Source of the DNA: Spirochaetia bacterium
GTDB taxonomy: Bacteria > Spirochaetota > Spirochaetia > SZUA-6 > Bin103
Reading direction: 5' to 3'
DNA length: 64,000 nt
Assembly: GCA_965203515.1 (NCBI GenBank)
Contig: OZ241907.1
Location: 4,000,001 to 4,064,000, forward strand
The position numbers and the translations under genes were made by a program. Positions 1 to 10,015 of the stretch are shown one piece after another. The notes under the pieces are model-generated. The model was not told the origin of the DNA and did not search any database. It worked only from the letters and a program-made list of their open reading frames with translations. Each line of letters begins with the position of its first letter. Position 1 is the stretch's first letter.

Positions 1-73
1 GCGTCGACCGGCTCCGCGACGTCTACGCCGGCGCCCACCCGCACGCCGGGCGCGGCCGGACGGAAGCCGCCAC

Positions 74-670
74 GTGAAGCAGCACGCGACCACCGTGGTC
101 GCGGTCCGGCGCGGCGGTACGCTGGCGATGGCGGCCGACGGTCAGGTGTCGCTCAACGCAATCGTACTCAAGGGCACCGCGCGCAAGGTGCGCACGCTGA
201 TGGGCGGCCGGATCGCCGTCGGCTTCGCCGGCGGCACGGCCGACGCCTTCACGCTGTTCGAACGGTTCGAGGCGAAGGTGAAGGAGTACGGCGGAGATCT
301 GATGCGTTCCTCGGTGGAGCTGGCGAAGGAGTGGCGTTCGGACCGCGTGCTGCGGCGCCTGGAGGCGTGGCTGGTGGCCGGGGACGCGCATGCCCTGTTT
401 CTGATCACCGGCAACGGCGACGTAGTGGAGCCGGACCATCCGGTCGTCGGGATCGGTTCGGGCGGCGCGTACGCCGCCGCCGCGGCGCGGGCGTACCTCG
501 ATGCCTCGGCTCTTCCGGCCCGCGAGATTGCGCGGCGGGCGATGACGATCGCCGCGGACATCTGCGTGTACACCAACGACCGGATCGTGATCGAGGAAGT
601 TTCGAGCCCGGACCGGTCCGGCCCGGAACCGTCCGACCCGGGACCGTCCGAGCAAGGAGAAGGCGGTTGA
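74..670 (+). CDS. hslV: ATP-dependent protease peptidase subunit HslV
   Basis: N-terminal catalytic Thr motif ATTVVAVRR, plus [22 protein letters not shown] and ADICVYTN; directly upstream of hslU. Confidence 0.96.
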   Translation: MKQHATTVVAVRRGGTLAMAADGQVSLNAIVLKGTARKVRTLMGGRIAVGFAGGTADAFTLFERFEAKVKEYGGDLMRSSVELAKEWRSDRVLRRLEAWLVAGDAHALFLITGNGDVVEPDHPVVGIGSGGAYAAAAARAYLDASALPAREIARRAMTIAADICVYTNDRIVIEEVSSPDRSGPEPSDPGPSEQGEGG

Positions 671-2016
671 GAGTTGACCTGGATCGGATGACGCCGGCGC
701 AGATCGTCGAGCAGCTCGATCGTTATATCGTCGGCCAGCACAAGGCCAAGCGGGCGGTCGCGATAGCGCTGCGCAACCGGATGCGCCGGCGCCGGTTGCC
801 GAGCGATCTGCGCGATGAGATTTCGCCCAAGAACATCGTCATGATCGGGCCGACCGGCGTCGGCAAGACCGAGATCGCGCGCCGGCTTGCCAAGCTGTGC
901 GGCGCGCCGTTCCTGAAGGTGGAAGCGACCAAGTATACCGAGGTCGGCTACGTCGGCCGCGACGTGGAGTCGATGATCCGCGACTTGACGTCGGTCGCGG
1001 TCGCCATGGTCAAGGCTGAGCAACAGGCCGGCGTCCAGGAGGAGGCGAGGCGCCGGGTCGAAGATCAACTGCTGGAGCTGCTGTTGCCGGGGCCGTCGAG
1101 CGCCGCGCCGGTGCGGGATGCTCCTGCCGCGGCGCCCGCCGGCAGCACCGCCGAAAAGCTGCGCGAAAAGCTGCGCGCCGGGGAGCTCGATGACCGCCCG
1201 GTGGAGGTGAGCCTCAGTTCGCAGCAGCCGCCCGCCGTCTCCATACTCTCCGGGCAGGGGGTCGAGGAGATGGACCTCAACTTCAACCTGCCGAACATCC
1301 TGGGCGGCAAGACCACGAAGAAGCGGAAGGCGTCGATCAAGCGGGCGCGGCAGTTGTTGATGAACGAAGAGATCGACCGCCTGGTCGACATGGAGCGGGT
1401 GTCGGAGCTGGCGATCGAACGCGTGCAGGAGATGGGGATCATCTTCCTGGACGAGCTGGACAAGATCGCCTCGCGAGAGGGGCGCACCGGAGTCGATGTC
1501 TCGCGGGAAGGCGTACAGCGCGACATCCTGCCGATCGTCGAAGGGAGCAAGGTGACCACGCGCTACGGAGTCGTCGATACCACGCACGTCCTGTTCATCG
1601 CCGCCGGAGCGTTCCACATGTCCAAGCCGTCGGATCTGATCCCCGAGCTGCAGGGCCGGTTCCCGATCCGCGTCGAGCTGCAGCAGCTCTCACGGGAGGA
1701 CTTCGAGCGCATCCTCACGCAGCCGGAAAACGCGTTGCTCAAGCAGTACTGCCAGTTGCTCGGCACCGAGGGCGTCGATCTCGACTTCACGCCGGAGGCG
1801 ATCTTGCGCATCTCGCAGGTGGCGACCGAGGTGAACGCCAATACCGAGAACATCGGCGCGCGCCGGCTGCACACGATCATGGAGCACATCCTCGAAGAGG
1901 TGTCGTTCCATGCGCCCGACGCCAAGGGTCAGAAGATCACGGTGACCGCCAAGTACGTCGATGAACGGCTCGCCGGTATCATCGAAGATCGGGACCTGAC
2001 ACGATTCATCCTGTAG
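667..2016 (+). CDS. hslU: ATP-dependent protease ATPase subunit HslU
   Basis: [17 protein letters not shown], Walker [37 protein letters not shown]. Start is either the TTG at 667 (overlaps the hslV stop, RBS AAGGAG) or the ATG at 688. Confidence 0.96.
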   Translation: MRVDLDRMTPAQIVEQLDRYIVGQHKAKRAVAIALRNRMRRRRLPSDLRDEISPKNIVMIGPTGVGKTEIARRLAKLCGAPFLKVEATKYTEVGYVGRDVESMIRDLTSVAVAMVKAEQQAGVQEEARRRVEDQLLELLLPGPSSAAPVRDAPAAAPAGSTAEKLREKLRAGELDDRPVEVSLSSQQPPAVSILSGQGVEEMDLNFNLPNILGGKTTKKRKASIKRARQLLMNEEIDRLVDMERVSELAIERVQEMGIIFLDELDKIASREGRTGVDVSREGVQRDILPIVEGSKVTTRYGVVDTTHVLFIAAGAFHMSKPSDLIPELQGRFPIRVELQQLSREDFERILTQPENALLKQYCQLLGTEGVDLDFTPEAILRISQVATEVNANTENIGARRLHTIMEHILEEVSFHAPDAKGQKITVTAKYVDERLAGIIEDRDLTRFIL

Positions 2017-2112
2017 CGTAACCTTCGGAGCCGGGGATCGCCGCTGCGGCGGGCGGTCCGACCGACTGCTACCGCTCGCGCGCGCGTCTATCGACTCGGG
2101 GAGGGGATCGAT

Positions 2113-3564
2113 ATGAACGAGTGGTCCGGGAAGCTGATCGCACGCGCCCGGGCGTTGTGGACCCGCGGCGCTCCCGCCCGCGGGGTGCTGCAGACCGCGG
2201 CCGCCGCGGCCGTGACCGCGGCGGTGGTGCTGCTTGCCACGAGCGGCACGCGAGCCGCCGAAGTGCCGCTGTTCGGCATACCGATCGCGGATCAGGAAGA
2301 ACTGCACCGGATCGCCACCCGGCTCGACATGGAAGCGGTGAGCTACCGGATCGGCGACGATCAGCGCGTCTACGTCGCCGACGATCAGACGGCTCGGCGC
2401 GTGCGCGCCCTCCTGATCCGCGAAGACATGATTCCGGCGCAGACCGATCCGTGGTCGTTCTTCGACGTCGACCGCTTCTCCCGCACCGACTTCGAGCGCA
2501 GCGTCAACCTGCAGCGCGCGGTGACCGCCAATCTGGAACAGCACCTCCGGTCGATGGACGACATCGACGCGGCCAGCGTCACGATCGTGGTGCCGGAACG
2601 GCGCCTGTTCAGCGAGGAGCAGCGGCCGGTCACCGCGTCGATCGTGCTCACCCCGCACCCGGGCTCCGATCTCGCGCAGGCCCCGGGGAAGATCGCCGGC
2701 ATCCGGCGGCTGATCGCCTTCGCGGTCGCGGGGCTGGAGGCTCACAACATCGTCATCGTGGACAACCGCGGCAATCAGCTCGGCGGCGCCGGCGCGACCG
2801 GCGGGGCCGCGACCGGCGGCCCGGATCGCGCCGCGGCGGAACGGGACCTGCAGGCCATACTCGACCTGGAACGGGCCTACGAGCGGGAGGTGCTCGATGC
2901 GCTGGCGCGCATATTCACGCGCGACCGGGTGCAGATCGTGCGGCTCGATATAGACCTGCAGGCCGGCGGGCGGCTCGTCGGCGCCGGGGAGGCGGGGTCC
3001 GGTGCGGCCGATCCCGTCGATCGGCCGGCCGCCGTCGAGCGGACCGATCCCCGGGCGTTCCGCCGCGTCACCGCGGCGGTCGCCATCGACGGGGTATGGA
3101 GTCGTCTCTACGACCGGCGTGGAAACGTCGTCATCGGCTCCGATGCGAGCATCCGGCGCGAGTACACGCCGGTGAGCGACCGGGAGCTGGCGGTGGCGCG
3201 CCGGCTCATCGCCGATGCGATCGGCTTCGATGCGCGCCGCGGCGACTCGGTGACCGTCGAGCACCTGCAGTTCGATCGCAGCGAGCGATTCAGAGAAGAG
3301 GACGCCGCCTACCACCGGCAGCAGGCGCGGCGGCGGGCGCTCGCGCTAGGCGGAGCCGCCGCGGCCGCCGCGCTGCTGGCCCTGCTGCTCCGTCGGTCGG
3401 GTCTGTTGCGGCGCCGCCGCGCTCGCCGTGCCCACACCGCGAACGCCGCCGCGGCCGCCGAAGCCGGGCGGAGCGAGGAGCTGATCCGTCAGGCGGCCGC
3501 GCTGGCGCGCGAGCAGCCCGCCGAGGTAGCGCGCGTCCTGCGCGCGTGGCTCGTTCGGCGATGA
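2113..3564 (+). CDS. fliF: Flagellar MS-ring protein FliF (divergent, shortened)
   Basis: N-terminal TM; DPWSFFDVDRFSRTDFER, LFSEEQRPVTASIVL, IGFDARRGDSVTVEHLQFDR; second TM; C-terminal REQPAEVARVLRAWL. Confidence 0.88.
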   Translation: MNEWSGKLIARARALWTRGAPARGVLQTAAAAAVTAAVVLLATSGTRAAEVPLFGIPIADQEELHRIATRLDMEAVSYRIGDDQRVYVADDQTARRVRALLIREDMIPAQTDPWSFFDVDRFSRTDFERSVNLQRAVTANLEQHLRSMDDIDAASVTIVVPERRLFSEEQRPVTASIVLTPHPGSDLAQAPGKIAGIRRLIAFAVAGLEAHNIVIVDNRGNQLGGAGATGGAATGGPDRAAAERDLQAILDLERAYEREVLDALARIFTRDRVQIVRLDIDLQAGGRLVGAGEAGSGAADPVDRPAAVERTDPRAFRRVTAAVAIDGVWSRLYDRRGNVVIGSDASIRREYTPVSDRELAVARRLIADAIGFDARRGDSVTVEHLQFDRSERFREEDAAYHRQQARRRALALGGAAAAAALLALLLRRSGLLRRRRARRAHTANAAAAAEAGRSEELIRQAAALAREQPAEVARVLRAWLVRR

Positions 3565-3610
3565 ACGCGGCCTGGACCCATGCCGGTGGCATGACGGGCA
3601 TGCCGGTGCA

Positions 3611-3639
3611 TTGACGGGACACCGGTCCCGGGCTATGCT
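3611..3639 (+). promoter_or_regulatory. Putative sigma70 promoter for fliO-fliA
   Basis: TTGACG (3611-3616), 17 bp, TATGCT (3634-3639); the spacer carries the inverted repeat CGGGAC-N4-GTCCCG. Confidence 0.6.
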
Positions 3640-3673
3640 ATGAACTTCGTTTCGGCGTCACTGGGAGGGGACA

Positions 3674-4201
3674 CTGAACAACGATCGATCGCGGTTCGGG
3701 TGCGTATTCGCGCCCCGGCTCCTGCTCTGTCTGCCGGCGTTGGCGGCCTGGGCGTACGCGGCGCTGCCGGCCGCGGCGCAGGCTCCCGCGGCGTTGCCGG
3801 CCGAAGAGGCAACGCCGTTGCCCGCGGCGGGCGATCCGGGGGATGGCGTAGCGCCGGGACCGGTGATCTCCACCTGGGATTTCGTGCGCATGGTGCTGCT
3901 CCTGGCAGCCGTGGTGGCGGCCATCTACGTCCTGTCTCTGGTGCTGCGCAAGGTGGCGGGCGGCCGCGTGGAAGATCGCGGCCTGATCCGCGTCCTGGAC
4001 TCCAAGACGCTGGCGCCGGGGCGTTCCCTGCATCTGGTGCGGGTGGCGGACCAGACCTATCTGGTCGGATGCAGCGAGAGGTCCGTCAGCATGGTGCCGG
4101 CTATCCCGGCGCCGGGAGCGGTGGACGTCGCCGGCGCGGCCGGAACCGCGGCGCGGAGGACGGGCCGCGAGCGGCCGCCGGCCGCACGGGACGGTACCTG
4201 A
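3674..4201 (+). CDS. fliO: Flagellar biosynthesis protein FliO (FliZ in spirochaete naming)
   Basis: STWDFVRMVLLLAAVVAAIY TM followed by IRVLDSKTLAPGRSLHLVRV..YLVGCSE; precedes fliP. Start uncertain (in-frame CTG 3674 after GGAGGGG, or TTG 3740). Confidence 0.82.
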   Translation: MNNDRSRFGCVFAPRLLLCLPALAAWAYAALPAAAQAPAALPAEEATPLPAAGDPGDGVAPGPVISTWDFVRMVLLLAAVVAAIYVLSLVLRKVAGGRVEDRGLIRVLDSKTLAPGRSLHLVRVADQTYLVGCSERSVSMVPAIPAPGAVDVAGAAGTAARRTGRERPPAARDGT

Positions 4202-4972
4202 GTGCGGGGCCGCGGCATGCGGCTGACGTTGGTCGCGGCGGTCGTGCTGCTGCCCGTGTCCGCGGCGGCGCAGGACGCCGGCGGCGGGTTCGCGCTGCCG
4301 TTCGTGGACCTGTCGATACGCGACGCCCGGTCCAATCAGGAGCTCGCGCAGTCGCTGCAGCTCGTGCTGCTGCTGTCGGTGCTGGCGCTGGCGCCGTCGC
4401 TGCTCATCCTGACCACCTCGTTCCTGCGCATCGCGATCGTCTTCGACTTCATCAAGCGGGCGCTCTCATTGCAGCAGGTGCCGCCCAATCAGGTGCTGAT
4501 GGGCATCGCGCTGATCCTGACCCTGTTCATCATGTGGCCGACCTTCGAGCGCATCTATCGCGATGCGGTGCAGCCGTTCACCGCCGGCGAGCTCGATACC
4601 GAGGAGCTGTTCGAACGCGCCGAAGGGCCGTTGCGTCACTTCATGTTCCAGCAACTCGGCGACGATCTGGACGACGTGCGGCTGTTCATGAACCTGCGCC
4701 GGCTGCCGCGTCCGGCCACGCGCGCGGACGTGCCCACCTACGTGCTGGTGCCCGCGTTCATCCTGCACGAGCTGACCGTCGCCTTCAAGATCGGCATCCT
4801 GATCTTCATCCCGTTCGTGGTGATCGACTTGGTGGTGGCCGCCACGCTGGTCTCGATGGGGATCATCGTGCTGCCGCCGATGCTGATCTCGCTGCCGTTC
4901 AAGTTGATGCTCTTCGTCCTCGTCGACGGTTGGGGACTGCTGACGATGGAGATCGTGCGGAGCTTCGCATGA
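4202..4972 (+). CDS. fliP: Flagellar export gate protein FliP
   Basis: TTSFLRIAIV, QQVPPNQVLMG, PAFILHEL..AFKIG, LPPMLISLPFKLMLFVLVDGW. Confidence 0.96.
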   Translation: MRGRGMRLTLVAAVVLLPVSAAAQDAGGGFALPFVDLSIRDARSNQELAQSLQLVLLLSVLALAPSLLILTTSFLRIAIVFDFIKRALSLQQVPPNQVLMGIALILTLFIMWPTFERIYRDAVQPFTAGELDTEELFERAEGPLRHFMFQQLGDDLDDVRLFMNLRRLPRPATRADVPTYVLVPAFILHELTVAFKIGILIFIPFVVIDLVVAATLVSMGIIVLPPMLISLPFKLMLFVLVDGWGLLTMEIVRSFA

Positions 4973-4982
4973 AGCGCTACCG

Positions 4983-5246
4983 ATGACGCTGGGCAGCGCG
5001 GCCGCCATCCTGCGATCGGCCGTCATGGAGCTGGGGACCATCGCGGCGCCGATCCTGCTGGCGAGCCTGGCGGTTGGACTCATCGTGTCGATCCTGCAGG
5101 CGGCCACCTCGATCCAGGAACCGACGCTGTCGTTCGTTCCGAAGATCGCGGCGGTGCTGGGGGTGCTCCTGCTGCTCGGTCCGTGGCTGGCGACCTCCAT
5201 GATCGACTACACGCGCGCGCTCTTCCGGAGCATCTCCACCCTGTGA
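4983..5246 (+). CDS. fliQ: Flagellar export protein FliQ
   Basis: 87 aa with GLIVSILQAATSIQEPTLSFVPKI. Confidence 0.95.
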   Translation: MTLGSAAAILRSAVMELGTIAAPILLASLAVGLIVSILQAATSIQEPTLSFVPKIAAVLGVLLLLGPWLATSMIDYTRALFRSISTL

Positions 5247-6049
5247 TCGACCTGTCGGTGATCGACCAGGCGCTTGGGGACTTGCGGTTGAGCGTGCTGG
5301 TGTTGGCTCGCATCGCGGCGATGGTGTTCACCATGCCGGTGATCTCCTCGCGCGCGGTGCCGGCGGTCGGCAGAATCGGGCTGGCGGTGTTCGTCACCGC
5401 GGCGACGACCCCCGCGGTGGCCGGTTCCGGCTATCCCGTGCCGGCGGACGACGTGCGCTTTCTCCTGACCGCGGCCGGCGAGGCGCTCATCGGCGTGGTG
5501 ATCGGCCTGTTCGTCACCGTGACCTTCACCGCCATGCAGGCGGCGGGCCGCCTGGCGTCGCTGCACGTCGGCGTCGGGGCCGCGCAGGTCTTCGACCCGT
5601 TGGCGCGGGAACCGGAGCCGCCGCTGGGCCAGTTCTTCCATCTGATGGCGGTCTTCGTGTTCCTCGTCACCGGTGCGGTGCACCGGCTGTTTCTGCTCGG
5701 CGTGTCGCGGTCGTTCGGATGGGTGCGTCCCGGCGATCTGGCGCGGGCGCAGACCGAGATGCTGGAGCTGTTCGCCTACAGCGTGGGCCGGTTGCTGGAG
5801 TCCGCGCTGACGATCGCGTTGCCGATCCTGGGCACGATGGTGCTGGTGTCGGTAGCGCTCGGGCTCGTGACCAGGACGGCGCCGGCGCTCAACGCGTTGG
5901 TGCTGGGGCTGCCGGTGTCGATCGGCGTCGGGCTGCTGGTGCTGGCGATCGCGATACCGTTTCTGCTGGAGGCGTTCGCGGCGGTGCTCGACGCCGCCTT
6001 CGCAAGGATCGGCTCCTTTCTGGACGTGATCGGCGGGGTGCGCCGGTAG
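5243..6049 (+). CDS. fliR: Flagellar export protein FliR
   Basis: Multi-TM protein with GEALIG, QAAGRL..GAAQVFDP; GTG start overlaps the fliQ stop; sits between fliQ and flhB. Confidence 0.92.
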   Translation: MIDLSVIDQALGDLRLSVLVLARIAAMVFTMPVISSRAVPAVGRIGLAVFVTAATTPAVAGSGYPVPADDVRFLLTAAGEALIGVVIGLFVTVTFTAMQAAGRLASLHVGVGAAQVFDPLAREPEPPLGQFFHLMAVFVFLVTGAVHRLFLLGVSRSFGWVRPGDLARAQTEMLELFAYSVGRLLESALTIALPILGTMVLVSVALGLVTRTAPALNALVLGLPVSIGVGLLVLAIAIPFLLEAFAAVLDAAFARIGSFLDVIGGVRR

Positions 6050-6059
6050 GCATGCACGG

Positions 6060-6845
6060 ATGAGGTCGTTCTTGGCGGGCGACGGCGCGCGCACCGAGGA
6101 GCCGACCGCCCATCGGCTGCGCCGCGCGCGCGCAGAGGGCATGGTGGCGCGTTCGGCGGAGCTGTCGGCCGCGTGCGTGCTGCTGTTCGGCGTGGCGGCG
6201 GTGGCGGCGACCGCGCGCCCGCTGCTGTCGGGCGCGGTCGATCTGGTGCGCTTCTTTCTGACGGAAGCGGCGGCGCGGGACGTCACGCAGGATTCGACCG
6301 CCGTCGCCATCGCGCTGCGCGCTCTGGTCGCCATGGTCGCTCCGGTGGCGGCGGTCGCGTTTCTCGCCGGGCTCGGCGCCGACCTGCTGCAAGTGGGTGT
6401 CCGGTTCAGCGTACGGCCGATCACGCCGGACCTGCGTCGAGTCGCTCCGCGTCCGGGCCGGCGCCTGCGCGCCGTCTTTACGGCGGATGCGGGCTTCGAC
6501 CTGGCCATGGCGGTCGTGCGGGTCGGACTGGTCGGCGGCGTCGCCGTTCTCAACATCCGCGCCGAACTGGCGACGCTGACCGGCATGGCCGGCGCGCCGC
6601 TCGCGCCGTCGCTGGCGCTGGTCGCCCACCTCGCGTTTCGCATCGCCGTGCAGAGCGCGGCGGCGCTGCTGCTGGCCGGCGCCGCCGCGCTCCTGTGGCG
6701 CCGCTACCGGCACCGGCGGGCGCTGCGCATGACGCCGCGCGAGGTGGCCGAGGAGCGGCGGCGGCTCGAAGGCGATGCTCGGACGCGCCGCGGCTTCGCC
6801 GAGCGCAGCCGGCAGGCATGGGGCCGCTCGCCATGGCCGAAGTGA
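6060..6845 (+). CDS. flhB: FlhB, truncated before the NPTH autocleavage site (no FlhB-CC domain)
   Basis: RTEEPTAHRLRRARAEGMVARSAEL and LRMTPREVAEERRRLEGD; stops at 261 aa without NPTH. Confidence 0.85.
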   Translation: MRSFLAGDGARTEEPTAHRLRRARAEGMVARSAELSAACVLLFGVAAVAATARPLLSGAVDLVRFFLTEAAARDVTQDSTAVAIALRALVAMVAPVAAVAFLAGLGADLLQVGVRFSVRPITPDLRRVAPRPGRRLRAVFTADAGFDLAMAVVRVGLVGGVAVLNIRAELATLTGMAGAPLAPSLALVAHLAFRIAVQSAAALLLAGAAALLWRRYRHRRALRMTPREVAEERRRLEGDARTRRGFAERSRQAWGRSPWPK

Positions 6846-9013
6846 CGCCGCGCGGCTGGCAGCAGCGCAGCGAGGTGCTCGTGGCGCTGTTCGTGATCGC
6901 ATGCGTGGCCATGCTGGTGATCCCGTTGCCGGCGTTCGTGCTCGACCTCTTCATGGCCGTGAACATCGCCGCCAGCCTGCTTACGGTCCTGATCGTCCTG
7001 TACAACCGGAACGCCATCGACTTCGCGGCGTTTCCGACCCTGCTGCTGTTCGCGGCGGTGTTCGGTCTGGCGCTCAACGTCTCCTCCACCCGGCTCATCC
7101 TGGCGGAGGGCTCCGGCTTCTCGGGACAGATCGTGCGCGCGTTCGGTACCTTCGTGGTCGGCTCTCCGGGCGCGGCCGGATACGTGATCGGTCTGATCAT
7201 CTTCATCCTCGTCATCGCCGTGCAGTTCGTGGTCATCACCAAGGGGGCGGCCCGCGTCGCCGAGGTTGCCGCCCGCTTCACGCTGGAAGCGCTGCCGGGC
7301 AGGCAGATGGCGATCGACTCGGAGTACGGCGCCGGTCTGATCGGCCCGGAGGAGGCCGCCGCCCGGAAGGCCGAGCTGCAGCGGCGCTCGGACTTCTACG
7401 GCGCGATGGACGGCGCCTGCAAGTTCGTCTCCGGCAACGTGCGGGTCGGCATCCTCATCACGGCGGTCAACATCGCCGGCGGACTCATCGTCGGTACCAC
7501 CATCCACGGCGAGTCGTGGCGGGTCGCCGTCGACACCTACGTCGCCCTGACCATCGGCGACGGTTTGGTGACGCAGCTACCGGCGCTGCTCATCTCCACC
7601 GCGACCGGCGTGATCGTCACGCGCAGCGCGGAACGGACCTCCCTGGGCGCCGAGGTCGTGCGCCAGTTCGCGCAGCAGGACCGGCCGTACTGGATCGCCG
7701 CGGCGGCGCTGGCGGTGCTGGGGCTCCTGCCCGGCTTCCCGTGGTACGTGCTGCTGCCGTTGGCGGCGGGGCTGGCGGCGCTCGCCCTCAAGCTGCGCGG
7801 CCGGCGCGCCGCGGCGGCCGGAGCGGGGGCGGCCGGAGCGGCGGCCGGAACGCCGGCTGAAACGCCGGCCGCCGCCGAGCGCGGCGCCGCGTATGCTTCG
7901 CGCGACGCGACGGCGGCGCAGCGACCGGCGGTCCGGCCGTCACCGGTGGCGCCGCCGGACCCGCTGTCCCTCGATCTCGGCTACGCGCTGATCCCGTTGG
8001 CCGACGCGCAGCGCGGCGCCGAGCTGTTGGAACGGATCGGCGCCGTACGCCGCCGGATCGCGCAGGAGCTGGGACTGGCGGTGCCCAAAGTCGGCGTGCG
8101 AGACGACGGCAACCTGCGGCCGCCCGAGTACCGATTCCGCATCCGGGGCACGTCGGCCGGCGGCGGGACGATCCGGGTCGGCTGCTACCTGGCAGTGCCG
8201 CCGGCTCACGGCGCGGCTACGCTGCCCGGAACGCCCGTCATCCATCCCGCCTGCGACCGGCCGGCGTGGTGGATCGCCGATGAGGAGCTGGCGCAGGCCG
8301 AGCGGCTCGGCTTTTCGGTCGTCGATCCGCAGGCGCTGATCGCCGATCATCTGTGCGGGGTGATCAGGCGGCGCGCCGCCGACCTGCTGGGCCGCGAAGC
8401 GGTCAAGGAGCTGCTGGACGAGGCGCGCGTCGACTACCCGACGGCGGTGGAAGAGGCGACCGCGGCGCTTTCGATCGGACAGATACAGAGGGTGCTGCGG
8501 GGCCTCCTGTCCGAAGAGGTATCGATCCGCGATCTGGTCTCGATCCTGGAGACGCTGGCCGACCATGCGGCGGAGTCGACCGACCCGCGTCCGTTGATCG
8601 AACACGTGCGGCGGGCGCTCGGTCGGCAGATCTGCGAGCAGCACGCCGAGGACGGACGTACCTTGCGCGTGATCACCGTTCACCCGGACGTGGAGCGGCG
8701 GATCGCAGCGGCCGCGCCGAGGAACGGAATCCGGCCGGCCGGCGCGCCGGCCTTGGCGGAGGAATCGACCGCCGCTGCGGAGGAATGGACCGCCGCGGTG
8801 GCCGCCCGCGTCGCGGAAGCGGGCCGGAGCGGCTGGTCCCCGGCGCTTCTGTGCTCGCCCGGCGTGCGCGCTTCGATGCGCGCCGGCATCTCGCCGTCGC
8901 TGCCGCGGCTGGCGGTGCTCTCGCGGCTCGAGATCGCCCCTGAGATCGAGGTGGTCGAGCTGGGTCAGGTGGAGCCGGCCGCGGGCGGCCGTGCGGAAGC
9001 GGCGGTACGCTGA
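6833..9013 (+). CDS. flhA: Flagellar export protein FlhA
   Basis: FPTLLL..LALNVSSTRLIL, ITKGAARVAEVAARFTL, DFYGAMDGA, YVALTIGDGLVTQLPALL; ATG at 6833. Confidence 0.95.
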   Translation: MAEVTPRGWQQRSEVLVALFVIACVAMLVIPLPAFVLDLFMAVNIAASLLTVLIVLYNRNAIDFAAFPTLLLFAAVFGLALNVSSTRLILAEGSGFSGQIVRAFGTFVVGSPGAAGYVIGLIIFILVIAVQFVVITKGAARVAEVAARFTLEALPGRQMAIDSEYGAGLIGPEEAAARKAELQRRSDFYGAMDGACKFVSGNVRVGILITAVNIAGGLIVGTTIHGESWRVAVDTYVALTIGDGLVTQLPALLISTATGVIVTRSAERTSLGAEVVRQFAQQDRPYWIAAAALAVLGLLPGFPWYVLLPLAAGLAALALKLRGRRAAAAGAGAAGAAAGTPAETPAAAERGAAYASRDATAAQRPAVRPSPVAPPDPLSLDLGYALIPLADAQRGAELLERIGAVRRRIAQELGLAVPKVGVRDDGNLRPPEYRFRIRGTSAGGGTIRVGCYLAVPPAHGAATLPGTPVIHPACDRPAWWIADEELAQAERLGFSVVDPQALIADHLCGVIRRRAADLLGREAVKELLDEARVDYPTAVEEATAALSIGQIQRVLRGLLSEEVSIRDLVSILETLADHAAESTDPRPLIEHVRRALGRQICEQHAEDGRTLRVITVHPDVERRIAAAAPRNGIRPAGAPALAEESTAAAEEWTAAVAARVAEAGRSGWSPALLCSPGVRASMRAGISPSLPRLAVLSRLEIAPEIEVVELGQVEPAAGGRAEAAVR

Positions 9014-9101
9014 CGGTGTTTCGTGCGGCCCCAGGCGCTCCGCGGGCTCCTCTGTCGACCTCCGGGCAGGAGGTAGCGTACGCTGATGTATACATGCGAA
9101 C

Positions 9102-9977
9102 ATGGCGTCAGATCAAAGGGATTGGGAGACCGATGACGACGTCAGAGGGAAGCCGCGGCAGCGATCCGCGGGGGGCGGTGCGCGGGTGACCAAGGCGGAC
9201 ACGTGTTGGCGGAAGATGCCGGAGAACGATCTGTGGCAGCGGTACCGCAGGAAGCGGGAGCCGGCGATCCGTGCGTACTTCGTACATCAGTACGCGCCGC
9301 TGGTGAAGTACGTGGCGGGCCGGGTCGCGATCGGCATGCCGAGCGCCGTCGACTTCGACGACCTGGTGCAGTGCGGGATGTTCGGGCTGTTCGACGCCAT
9401 CAGCAAGTTCGATCCCACCAAGCACGTGAAGTTCAAGACGTACGCGGTCACCCGCATCAGGGGCGCGATTTTCGACGAGCTGCGCGCGATCGACTGGATA
9501 CCGCGTTCGGTGCGGCAGAAGGCGCGCGAGGTGGAGGACACGGTCCGCGACCTGGAGGCCAGCCTGGGGCGGGCGGCGACCGATGAGGAGATCGCCGGCG
9601 GCATGGGCGTCACCGTGCAGGAGTTTCAGCGCATCCTGGTGCGGATCGCCGGCACCGCGGTGGTATCGTTGAACGACGTGTGGCACGGCGGCGAGGACGA
9701 GGACCGCGTCTCGATCGAGGACAACATAGAGTCCCCGAGCGAATCGGGGCCGGCGACGATCGTGGAGAAGGAAGAGATCAGGCGGGTGATCGTAGAGGCG
9801 ATCAAGGAGCTGCCGGAGAACGAACAGCAGGTACTGGTGCTCTACTACTACGAGGAGCTGACCCTCAAGGAGATCGGTCAGGTGCTGGAAGTGACCGAGT
9901 CCCGGGTGTCACAGCTCCACACCAAGGCGCGTCTTCGCCTGCGCACGAAGCTCACCAACGTCAAGCGCGGCATCTGA
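9102..9977 (+). CDS. fliA: RNA polymerase sigma factor, FliA/WhiG (sigma28) family
   Basis: YAPLVKYVAGR, FKTYAVTRIRGAIFDELR.IDWIPRSVR, LTLKEIGQVLEVTESRVSQLH. Confidence 0.95.
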   Translation: MASDQRDWETDDDVRGKPRQRSAGGGARVTKADTCWRKMPENDLWQRYRRKREPAIRAYFVHQYAPLVKYVAGRVAIGMPSAVDFDDLVQCGMFGLFDAISKFDPTKHVKFKTYAVTRIRGAIFDELRAIDWIPRSVRQKAREVEDTVRDLEASLGRAATDEEIAGGMGVTVQEFQRILVRIAGTAVVSLNDVWHGGEDEDRVSIEDNIESPSESGPATIVEKEEIRRVIVEAIKELPENEQQVLVLYYYEELTLKEIGQVLEVTESRVSQLHTKARLRLRTKLTNVKRGI

Positions 9978-10015
9978 GGCCGGAACGGCCACTGACGCGC
10001 GTCGGACCGCGCCGG

